32,000 bases of DNA from Thermodesulfobacterium commune DSM 2178 (GTDB lineage: Bacteria; Desulfobacterota; Thermodesulfobacteria; Thermodesulfobacteriales; Thermodesulfobacteriaceae): NCBI RefSeq assembly GCF_000734015.1, contig NZ_CP008796.1, forward strand, positions 600,001-632,000, given 5' to 3'. The notes beneath the pieces were generated by a model. That model was not told where the DNA came from, ran no database searches, and saw only the letters and a list, made by a program, of their open reading frames with translations. This document shows positions 25,343 to 32,000 of the stretch, piece after piece. The position numbers and the translations under genes were made by a program. Position 1 is the first letter of the stretch. Each line of letters opens with the position of its first letter.

Positions 25343-27424
25343 TTACTGTATTTTTTCTTTTACTTTATAAACTACCATATGAGGAAAATCATCTAACACC
25401 AACTCAAAATAAGCAGGATCATAACTTCTAAGAAGATACATCTTATTAAATAAGGTTTCAGCTAACATAGGATTAAGGATAAAAAGGGCGGCGTGATTCT
25501 CTTTAAACTTTACTATCTCAACTATTACTCCATTTTCAAAAAATTTCTTTTCTATCATTCCTTTAGGGTCTTTTACAACTAACTTTCTAATAGGAATACT
25601 CTGGTTACCAGCAGTGACAACTCCTACATTTAGGTCTAATTTAGCGCCTATATCCTGGCAATCAAGCACGTTGGCTGTGGTCATAGAGCATTTTTCAGGA
25701 GCTATGATGTTTCCATGAATTCCCTGTTTTTTATCAAAATCATAGCTACCAAAATAATGAATCCAGGCAAATTTGGGTATCAAGTCTTCGGTAAAAACCC
25801 AATAAACAGGATGTTTTATGTCTTTACTAAAGTATCCTTCTTGAACCTTTTTAACCAGTTCTTTGGCGGATATCCCCTTTTTTAATTCTTCGGCAATCCC
25901 TTTTAACCCATAGTTAGTAATAAAAGAGGTAATGAACCAGGCTTCTTTTGGGTCGCTGGTAGTAAAGCTTCTTGCAATAAAATAAGTCTTAGGAGAAGCC
26001 TGTGAACCTCCATCATGAAATGTGGGTCTTCTTGAATAATACTGAAAAGCATAACCATAGTCCCACCAAGTCCATATAGCCGAACCTTGAGGAGTTCTTT
26101 GTTTTAGATAATCCATATCTTTTACGATAGGGCTAAAAACCTTAGGATAGCTTGCCCAACTTATTACTGGTTTCTGTACAAGAAATACCAAACCTAAAAA
26201 CAAACTTCCTATAAGGTTTACTATAATAACCTGTTTTTCCTTTTGCTTAAAAAGGTCTAAATACCCAAGGGCTTTTTCAAAAAGAAAATGTACCAAAAAA
26301 CCTATCCCAATCCCTATAAAAGGCGAGAGATACATGATAAACCTTGCACCTGAGACAAAAGATAAAAACCCAATCCCTAAGAAAGGAAGTAGAAAGAATA
26401 AGTTTTTAAAATAATAACCAAAGCATAAAATTACCCCTATAATTCCTAAAATCCCTAATATAGGACTATAAACAGCTGTTTCAAGAACTTTATCAAAGCT
26501 TTCTCTTTGCAACTCAGAGATAGACATAAAAACATTGGGAAAATCTTTAAAAAGTTGTTCTGCGCTGGTGGTAGTTTTGATGTTAAAAACAAGGGTTTTT
26601 ACCTGTATAAAAAGATGGTAAGGGCCTTCGTAGATATACCAGATTTGAGGAACAATTAGGATAGCTAAATAAAGATAATCTTCCTTCGTGAGTTTTAGCT
26701 TTTTATCCCATAGATATCTTATCAGAAACATAAAAATCAACACAAAACACAGATTAGGATGACCGTACCAAAGATAATAGAAAAGAGCTACCAGAGAGGC
26801 AAGGCTAATCCATAAATACTTTACCCTGTTTTTAACGGATGAAAAAAACTTATAAAAAAAATAAGCTGCTAAAAAAGGTAGGGTGAGATTAAGAACATCC
26901 TGGTCCAACCTCATGAGATTGGTCCTTCCCCAATACATAGGAGAAGCAATGGCTACCAACCCCCCGAGCAAACCTGCATAGGCACATCCAAGGTCTTTAA
27001 AATAAAAGAAAAGTGGAAGCACTACCGAAACAGCTAAAATTGGGATTAGATAAAAAGTTAAAGTCTCAAGAGAAAGATTAAACCATTTTGAAAGATAAGC
27101 CCAGGTCACACTAATAAAAACACCAGGTACCTGATATTTAGCATAAAATACGTTTTTTTCATCCAGTTTGGCTGAAGATGAATTATCTGGGAATACTCGA
27201 TAGTGGTCTATCTCTCCAGTTCTGAAAACCCCCTGTTTGATGTCTTCAGCTAACCTCGCAAAATAGAAAGAATCATATTCGCTGTAAATAGGCTTATCTT
27301 TGTAGTAAAAAAGGGCTTGATTAGAGTGCCAAAAATTTTTGTCTTCAAATCTTATATAAAGTCCCCAGAAAACAACAACGAATAGCAACAAAAAGGGATA
27401 GTAAATCTTTAAAAATTTATCCAT
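25343..27424 (-). CDS. STT3/PglB-type oligosaccharyltransferase (bacterial N-OST-like)
   Basis: 693 aa, with a multi-TM N-terminal half and a soluble C-terminal domain. WWDYG lies at aa 453-457 (nt 26054-26068). An EL1-like acidic motif (SEYDSFYFARLAED), LDQDV (DxD-like), SISE (EL5 TIxE/SVSE-like) and DGGS after WWDYG are all present. SD GGGGAG and its own TTGTTT-N16-TATAAT promoter lie upstream. Confidence 0.85.
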   Translation of the reverse strand: MDKFLKIYYPFLLLFVVVFWGLYIRFEDKNFWHSNQALFYYKDKPIYSEYDSFYFARLAEDIKQGVFRTGEIDHYRVFPDNSSSAKLDEKNVFYAKYQVPGVFISVTWAYLSKWFNLSLETLTFYLIPILAVSVVLPLFFYFKDLGCAYAGLLGGLVAIASPMYWGRTNLMRLDQDVLNLTLPFLAAYFFYKFFSSVKNRVKYLWISLASLVALFYYLWYGHPNLCFVLIFMFLIRYLWDKKLKLTKEDYLYLAILIVPQIWYIYEGPYHLFIQVKTLVFNIKTTTSAEQLFKDFPNVFMSISELQRESFDKVLETAVYSPILGILGIIGVILCFGYYFKNLFFLLPFLGIGFLSFVSGARFIMYLSPFIGIGIGFLVHFLFEKALGYLDLFKQKEKQVIIVNLIGSLFLGLVFLVQKPVISWASYPKVFSPIVKDMDYLKQRTPQGSAIWTWWDYGYAFQYYSRRPTFHDGGSQASPKTYFIARSFTTSDPKEAWFITSFITNYGLKGIAEELKKGISAKELVKKVQEGYFSKDIKHPVYWVFTEDLIPKFAWIHYFGSYDFDKKQGIHGNIIAPEKCSMTTANVLDCQDIGAKLDLNVGVVTAGNQSIPIRKLVVKDPKGMIEKKFFENGVIVEIVKFKENHAALFILNPMLAETLFNKMYLLRSYDPAYFELVLDDFPHMVVYKVKEKIQ

Positions 27425-27460
27425 TTTAACTCCCCAAGATAAGTTGATAAACTGATAAAA

Positions 27461-27488
27461 ATTATATTAAAAAATTTGTGAAAAACAA
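27461..27488 (-). promoter_or_regulatory. Candidate promoter for the oligosaccharyltransferase gene: TTGTTT-N16-TATAAT (minus strand)
   Basis: Plus-strand aaacaa (27483-27488) and attata (27461-27466) read as TTGTTT and TATAAT on the minus strand. It is followed by the GGGGAG SD and the ATG at 27424. Confidence 0.4.
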
Positions 27489-27505
27489 GAACTTGTTTGT
27501 TTATA

Positions 27506-28702
27506 TCATCTTTTTTTCGATTTTTTGGTATGTTGAGAGGTAGATTTGGCTTTTTTCTTTTTATTAGAATTTTCTTTAGAAGACTTGATTTGTTTAGACT
27601 TCTTGGAAACCTTTCGAGGTTGTTTATTTCGTGTGATGGACAAAGATTGATTTTGAGTTGAGTTTTCTAAAATTAAATCTTTTTCTGACAATTCAGAATT
27701 AGCAAGGGTTACGATATAAAAAGTTCCGTCTGTAGTTGTTTTTTCTATCAACTTTAATTTTAGACGATTTAGGTTAGCCTGTATTTCCTTTTTTTTGTCT
27801 TGAGGAACTTTGAGTAAATAGGGTTTACCCGGTGGTGTTATCTGTCTTCTAAGCTCTGCGTTCATCATCAAAAGCAGGTCATAGGTTATCTGTCCAGCTA
27901 CAGCAAATACCTTAAGGTCAACCCCTCCGTTAACCTCCATCTCTTCATATTCCAAAGCCTTAGGCTCTAAGGGTTGAAATCCGTATTTTTGGGGATTTTT
28001 AATGATAAAGGTAATAGCCATCCACTGAGGGAGATAAGCCGCTGTCTCTAAAGGGAGGCTACCTGAGTTTAATAGTTGCCAATAATCTATAAAGTTTTTA
28101 GCCCTTAAAATCCTTAAAAGCCTACCTTCTCCAAGGTTATAGCTTGCTACCGCAGGCCTCCAGTCTCCGAAGATATCATAGAGTCTTTTCAAATAACGCG
28201 CTGCCGCATGGGTAGACTTGATAAAATCTTTTCGCTCATCTACCCAGTAGTCTATTTTTAATCCGTAAAATCTACCGGTTTTTTCCATAAATTGCCAGAT
28301 TCCAACCGCCCCTGCCCTTGAAATCGCAAAGGGATTACAACCACTCTCTATAAAAGCAAGATAAACAAGATCCTCAGGGACTCCATACTCTCTAAAGATA
28401 GTTTTAAAATAAGGAAGATAAGGACTACAGCGTTTAAGCCATCTTTCAGTAACTTCCCTTTTATCCTTGGTAAAATATTTTATAAAATAAGCTACTTGAT
28501 CGTTTATGTCTTGAGGTAAATTTTTGATAACCTTAGGAGGAAGTTCTTCTAAAACTTCATAAACCTCTTCCTCTTGTGGGTTGATATTTTGAGGAAAAGC
28601 AGGTAAATTCCAGCTTAACCCAAGAAAAACCATTAAAACTATGGTTGAAAACCACCTAATAACTACTTTAAACCTTTTACTCTTGTAATTTTTCCCCTTC
28701 AT
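27506..28702 (-). CDS. Lytic transglycosylase (SLT domain, MltD-like) with N-terminal signal/anchor and lysine-rich C-terminal tail
   Basis: The catalytic motif is AFIESGCNPFAISRAGAVGIWQFM, followed by AAARYL and SYNLGEG. The N-terminal hydrophobic segment is WFSTIVLMVFLGL. The last 44 aa or so are K/S-rich. It overlaps the upstream gene by 26 nt. Confidence 0.8.
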   Translation of the reverse strand: MKGKNYKSKRFKVVIRWFSTIVLMVFLGLSWNLPAFPQNINPQEEEVYEVLEELPPKVIKNLPQDINDQVAYFIKYFTKDKREVTERWLKRCSPYLPYFKTIFREYGVPEDLVYLAFIESGCNPFAISRAGAVGIWQFMEKTGRFYGLKIDYWVDERKDFIKSTHAAARYLKRLYDIFGDWRPAVASYNLGEGRLLRILRAKNFIDYWQLLNSGSLPLETAAYLPQWMAITFIIKNPQKYGFQPLEPKALEYEEMEVNGGVDLKVFAVAGQITYDLLLMMNAELRRQITPPGKPYLLKVPQDKKKEIQANLNRLKLKLIEKTTTDGTFYIVTLANSELSEKDLILENSTQNQSLSITRNKQPRKVSKKSKQIKSSKENSNKKKKAKSTSQHTKKSKKR

Positions 28703-29456
28703 CGGTTAGAACCTTCAAGTTTAGATAGGTATCTTCCTCGTTGTGAGCTTCTGAAGTCAAGATTGGAACTATCTTTTTCTCCTTTAAAAACTTAAAAATG
28801 GCGTTAAACTTCAATACCCCTTTCCCTAAGGCTAAATGGTCGTCTTCTTCCCCTAAGTTATCATGGCAATGAATTTCTTTCAGATATGGATAAAGGATGT
28901 CTAACCAATCAAGTTCGTCCTTTTTAGAAAACACCCTTGCATGTGCTGGGTCAAAACACCAGCCAACCCTTCTGGAAAAAGCTTCAAAAATAGGTAACAT
29001 AAACTCAGGAGTAGGTTCATAAACATTTTCTAAAGATAGAGACAACCTTTCTTCCTGGATAAATTCCAATAATTTATTTAAATTTTCTATAAATATAGAA
29101 CGCCATTCTTCTTTTAATTCGTGATAATTATAGGAATAACCAGAATGAAGAACAAGGTTTAAGGGTTGGAAAAGAGAGGCCCTTTCAATGGCAAGAAAAA
29201 TCCTTTTCAGGCTAACCTCTCTTATCCACAGGTCAACAGACCCTATAGAAAGGTCTATAAAAGGCAGATGAACGGTAGTTAAAAGCCCTTCTTCCTTAAT
29301 CAAGTTAGCAACTTCTTTAAAGGTATGGTAAGAGTAATTATCCAAAGAAAAAGCGTTTAAAGATACTTCTACGTTTATTCTATTCTCTAAAACTAAAGAA
29401 AGATACTTTTCTTTTAAAAGGTTAAAAGGAATGGAAACAAAAACCAACGGTCTCAT
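28677..29456 (-). CDS. Xylose-isomerase-like TIM-barrel protein (sugar phosphate isomerase/epimerase family)
   Basis: 259 aa. The pattern of conserved metal ligands is typical of the AP-endonuclease-2/xylose-isomerase-like fold (VHLPF, LVLHSG, SLENV, FDPAHA, IHCHDN, TSEAH). It starts 2 nt after the degT-like stop, with SD AGAGGA. Confidence 0.65.
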   Translation of the reverse strand: MRPLVFVSIPFNLLKEKYLSLVLENRINVEVSLNAFSLDNYSYHTFKEVANLIKEEGLLTTVHLPFIDLSIGSVDLWIREVSLKRIFLAIERASLFQPLNLVLHSGYSYNYHELKEEWRSIFIENLNKLLEFIQEERLSLSLENVYEPTPEFMLPIFEAFSRRVGWCFDPAHARVFSKKDELDWLDILYPYLKEIHCHDNLGEEDDHLALGKGVLKFNAIFKFLKEKKIVPILTSEAHNEEDTYLNLKVLTDEGEKLQE

Positions 29457-29458
29457 TT

Positions 29459-30589
29459 TTATCCTCTTTTAAAAAATTCTCTTACCCAGTAGACTACATA
29501 GTCTATTTCTTCTGAGGTTAGATATGGGAAAAACGGAAGGCTTAAAACTTCTTGGGCAACTTTTTCGGTCACAGGAAGCATACCTTTCTTAAAACCTAAA
29601 TCTTGATAAACTGGTTGCAGATGTAAAGGATGTTCATAATAAATCCTGGTTGCGACCCCTTTTTCCTTAAGAAATTCCTGTAGGTCCTTTCTATAAGGAG
29701 TCCTTACAGTAAAAAGAGACCAGCTTGGGGTATAGGTTTTAGGAATTTTAGGTAGAAAAAGCTCAGGCTCAAGATCTTGCAATCCTTTTATATAAGCTAA
29801 AGCATATTTTTTTCTGAGTTCTAATTCTTCCTTAAAATATTTGAATTTTACAAGCAAAATAGCACAATGGATTTCATCTATTCTTCCGTTTATACCGTGA
29901 TATTCATAAAAATAAGGTTTGGTCTGTCCATGTTCTTTTAAAATTCTAACCCTCTTTTCTATCCCTTCGTCTGCAGTAAAAACCATCCCGCCATCTCCAA
30001 AGGTGGAAAGAGGTTTGGTAGGATAAAAAGAAGTGGCAGAAGCAACCCCAAAGGTTCCAACATATCTATCAAGTATCTTAGCCCCAAAGGCCTGGCAAAT
30101 GTCTTCTATAAGTAAAATCCCTTTTTCTTGGCAAAACACTTCAATCCTTTCTAAATCAGCAGGAATACCAAATAAACTTACTACTATAGCTCCAGAGACC
30201 TTTTTACCTCGTTTCGTAAGATAAAGATAAGCCTCTTTTAACGTTTCTAAGGAAACATTAAAGTTAGATTCTTCTATGTCAACAAAATAAGGAATAAGTC
30301 CAGCCCGTACTACTACCTCAGAAGTAGCAATAAAAGTAAAAGATGGTACTAACACATAACTTCCCTGAGGTAGGTCTAAGGCCTTGAGTATTAAGTATAA
30401 CCCCTCTGTCCCTGAAGAAACTCCTATAGCATAAGGAATATCTAAAAAAGAAGCTAAAGTTCTTTCTATTTCTTTTGTATAAGGTCCATTCAAATAAACC
30501 CCACTTCTTAAAACGTTAATAACTTCTTTCTCTATCTCTTGTCCATATTTTTGATATCCTCTTTTCAGGTCCAAAAAAGGAATCTCCAT
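29459..30589 (-). CDS. DegT/DnrJ/EryC1/StrS-family PLP-dependent sugar aminotransferase
   Basis: 376 aa. The family N-terminus IPFLDL is present, with the PLP-lysine context SFYPTKPLSTFGDGGMVF. SD GGGGAG and a TTGTTT-N17-TATAAT promoter lie upstream. Confidence 0.9.
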   Translation of the reverse strand: MEIPFLDLKRGYQKYGQEIEKEVINVLRSGVYLNGPYTKEIERTLASFLDIPYAIGVSSGTEGLYLILKALDLPQGSYVLVPSFTFIATSEVVVRAGLIPYFVDIEESNFNVSLETLKEAYLYLTKRGKKVSGAIVVSLFGIPADLERIEVFCQEKGILLIEDICQAFGAKILDRYVGTFGVASATSFYPTKPLSTFGDGGMVFTADEGIEKRVRILKEHGQTKPYFYEYHGINGRIDEIHCAILLVKFKYFKEELELRKKYALAYIKGLQDLEPELFLPKIPKTYTPSWSLFTVRTPYRKDLQEFLKEKGVATRIYYEHPLHLQPVYQDLGFKKGMLPVTEKVAQEVLSLPFFPYLTSEEIDYVVYWVREFFKRG

Positions 30590-30620
30590 TTTTTCTCCCC
30601 TTTACTTAAAAATCTTAGTT

Positions 30621-30649
30621 ATTATACTTTATCTGATTAAATTAAACAA
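30621..30649 (-). promoter_or_regulatory. Candidate promoter for the degT-TIM barrel-transglycosylase operon: TTGTTT-N17-TATAAT (minus strand)
   Basis: Plus-strand aaacaa (30644-30649) and attata (30621-30626) read as TTGTTT and TATAAT on the minus strand. It is followed by the GGGGAG SD and the ATG at 30589. It uses the same hexamer pair as the candidate promoter at 27461-27488. Confidence 0.45.
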
Positions 30650-30651
30650 CC

Positions 30652-30685
30652 CTTGACTAAACAATCCCAAAAATCTTGACTTTAC
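30652..30685. repeat. Direct repeat CTTGACT(A/T)(A/T)AC x2 with 23-bp period in the degT/GT9 divergent intergenic region; function unknown
   Basis: The copies are cttgactaaac (30652-30662) and cttgactttac (30675-30685), identical at 9 of 11 positions. The second copy ends 3 nt before the GT9 ATG (30689). Confidence 0.5.
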
Positions 30686-30688
30686 TTA

Positions 30689-31483
30689 ATGAAAAGGTTA
30701 CTTTTTTACCGGAGAGGAGGATTAGGTGATACCCTTCTTACGTTTCCGGTTCTTGAGGTTTTAAAAAGTCAAGGTTATAAAATAACTGTCATAGGGGTTA
30801 AAGCCTATTATCAGTTAGCTCAAAAAGTAGGATGGGTAGACGAGATCTATGAGGACCTTTATCCGCAGGTGTTAAACCAACCCTATGATTTAAAAATTTT
30901 CTTCTCTAAAACAGAAGGGTTCGACCCTTTCCCTTCAGAAAGGATATGGCTGGTAGACTATTACTTTAGTTGTTTAAACCTACCTAAAAAGTTTTCTCAA
31001 ATTTTACCTGTCGAAGGATCAACTGAAAGCATACTAAAAAACAAGGTAGTTCTTCATCCAGGAAGTGGTTCCTCTAAAAAAATCCCTGATTTTTTGCTTT
31101 TTTCGATGATAGAAAAATTTTTAAAAGAAAAAAAATTTGACTATATTTACATAGTAGGAGAGGCTGACAAGTGGATAAAGGATTTTACCTCAAATTTTTG
31201 GGAAGTAGAGGACATTGAGGTTTTAGCTAAGGCTTTAAAAACCGCTCGAGGGTTTATAGGGCTTGACAGTGGGATATCACACTTGGCAAGTTATTTAGGA
31301 GTAAAAAGTTTTATCTTTTTTGGCCCCACAGACCATATTGTATGGCGTCCGATAGGCCCTAAACATACCGTCATAACCTTAGGGTTAAAATGTAGTCCTT
31401 GTTTTCCTAAGACCTGTTCTGAAAGGCCTTGCTTAGAGCCTCAAAATTTGTTTTTCAAATTTTTAGAAAAGGTAGTTTTATAG
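30689..31483 (+). CDS. Glycosyltransferase family 9 (heptosyltransferase-like), short form
   Basis: The N-terminus RRGGLGDTLLTFPVLEVLK, VLHPGSGSSKK, GLDSGISHLASYLG and the C-terminal Cys cluster CSPCFPKTCSERPC are typical of GT9 (WaaC/WaaF-like). At 264 aa it is shorter than typical members (about 320-350 aa). Confidence 0.75.
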   Translation: MKRLLFYRRGGLGDTLLTFPVLEVLKSQGYKITVIGVKAYYQLAQKVGWVDEIYEDLYPQVLNQPYDLKIFFSKTEGFDPFPSERIWLVDYYFSCLNLPKKFSQILPVEGSTESILKNKVVLHPGSGSSKKIPDFLLFSMIEKFLKEKKFDYIYIVGEADKWIKDFTSNFWEVEDIEVLAKALKTARGFIGLDSGISHLASYLGVKSFIFFGPTDHIVWRPIGPKHTVITLGLKCSPCFPKTCSERPCLEPQNLFFKFLEKVVL

Positions 31484-31577
31484 GGATTTTTAAAATAATT
31501 TTATTTATTTTTTCTATTAGATGGTTTAGGCTAAGGTGTTAAACTTAGAAATTTGAAAAAATTTTAAAAGGGGGCAT

Positions 31578-32000
31578 ATGATGAAAACGTTAGATGTAAA
31601 AGGGCTTCCCTGTCCTCAACCTGTTATTCAAACAAAAGATTTTTTAGAAAGTTTAGAAGAGGGAGAGGTTTTTCAGATAGTTTTAGATAGTCAAACGTCA
31701 GCTAATAATGTAAAAAAATTTTTAAATTCCCAGGGACACAAAATCATTTCTGAGGTAGAAAAAGGAGAAGAAATTTTATTGGTGGTAGAAAAAAAAGGTT
31801 CTGAAGTAAAGGTAAAAGATGAAGAGCTTGCTCATTTTTCATGCGAAACAAATTTAGAAAAAAAAGAGCTTTTTGTTATTCTAACCAATGATGTAATCGG
31901 TAAAGATGAGGCTTTAGGTAAGATATTGATAAAAGGCTTTTTTGAGACCATGCTTGTACAAAACCTTTTACCAGACAGAATGTTTTTTATGAACAAAGGG
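31578..32000 (+). CDS. yedF: YedF-like selenium/sulfur-metabolism protein (TusA/SirA-like N-domain + DsrE-like C-domain); 3' end outside window
   Basis: This gene is not in the ORF track because no stop occurs before the window end. SD AAAGGGGG lies 3-5 nt before ATGATG. My translation is MMKTLDVKGLPCPQPVIQTKDFL...KKELFVILTNDVIGKDEALGKILIKGFFETM.... It contains the TusA CPxP motif followed by a DsrE-like segment. The frame is open for 141 codons to nt 32000. Confidence 0.75.
   Translation, partial: MMKTLDVKGLPCPQPVIQTKDFLESLEEGEVFQIVLDSQTSANNVKKFLNSQGHKIISEVEKGEEILLVVEKKGSEVKVKDEELAHFSCETNLEKKELFVILTNDVIGKDEALGKILIKGFFETMLVQNLLPDRMFFMNKG

Noticed and set aside
17656-25370. Other nested antisense ORFs (17656..17916, 18886..19125, 21040..21285, 25053..25370, and 30033..30224 further right)
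   Set aside because: They are antisense to smc, the small PilZ gene, the cupin/OST junction and degT. Their composition is low-complexity or hydrophobic, and there is no independent support for them.
27483-27498. Small hairpin AAACAAG-aa-CTTGTTT after the transglycosylase gene as an intrinsic terminator
   Set aside because: The stem is only 6-7 bp, almost all A/T, with a loop that is too small. The U-run is part of the stem. It also overlaps the candidate -35 of the OST promoter. The evidence is too weak to call a terminator.
1-32000. Searched for tRNA/rRNA genes, CRISPR arrays, transposase/integrase genes, in-frame TGA (selenocysteine) recoding near yedF, and frameshifted pseudogenes
   Set aside because: Intergenic gaps are all 149 nt or shorter and show no tRNA-like or repeat-spacer structure. 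Every ORF has a family-typical length and an uninterrupted frame. No mobile-element proteins were recognised.

Overview
This is a gene-dense bacterial chromosomal segment, AT-rich by eye (roughly mid-30s % GC) and almost entirely coding. The proteins are rich in K, E and I, which suggests a thermophile. TolC, a GT9 glycosyltransferase and a lytic transglycosylase point to a diderm envelope. I support 23 CDS, two of them cut by the window edges. One of those, a yedF-like gene at 31578..32000, is missing from the supplied ORF track. I saw no rRNA, tRNA, CRISPR array, transposase or integrase. Left to right the window holds: a partial flippase-like membrane protein; a MarC-family protein; an APC amino-acid permease; a 5-gene tripartite efflux operon (TolC, lipoprotein adaptor, ABC ATPase, two FtsX-type permeases); uvrD/pcrA followed by a YcgR-like PilZ gene; convergent mfd; a PAS-GAF-PAS-GGDEF-EAL protein; divergent smc; and a long minus-strand block (degT-type aminotransferase, TIM-barrel isomerase/epimerase-like protein, lytic transglycosylase, PglB/STT3-type oligosaccharyltransferase, cupin, argB, valS, small PilZ). 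The right end holds a divergent GT9 glycosyltransferase and the start of yedF. Most of the window is ordinary housekeeping, and I cannot point to a clearly new self-contained system. The best leads are: (1) a complete PglB/STT3-like oligosaccharyltransferase with all catalytic motifs, in a non-canonical glycan/envelope neighbourhood; (2) c-di-GMP genes (two PilZ receptors and a probable phosphodiesterase) interleaved with uvrD, mfd and smc, including two convergent 3' gene overlaps; (3) a PilZ domain with about 50 extra residues between its two c-di-GMP-binding motifs; (4) a strongly divergent SMC hinge lacking the conserved glycine motifs; and (5) perfect TATAAT boxes 6-9 nt upstream of three start codons that lack Shine-Dalgarno sequences, suggesting leaderless mRNAs. 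All family calls come from motif recognition by eye, not from database searches.
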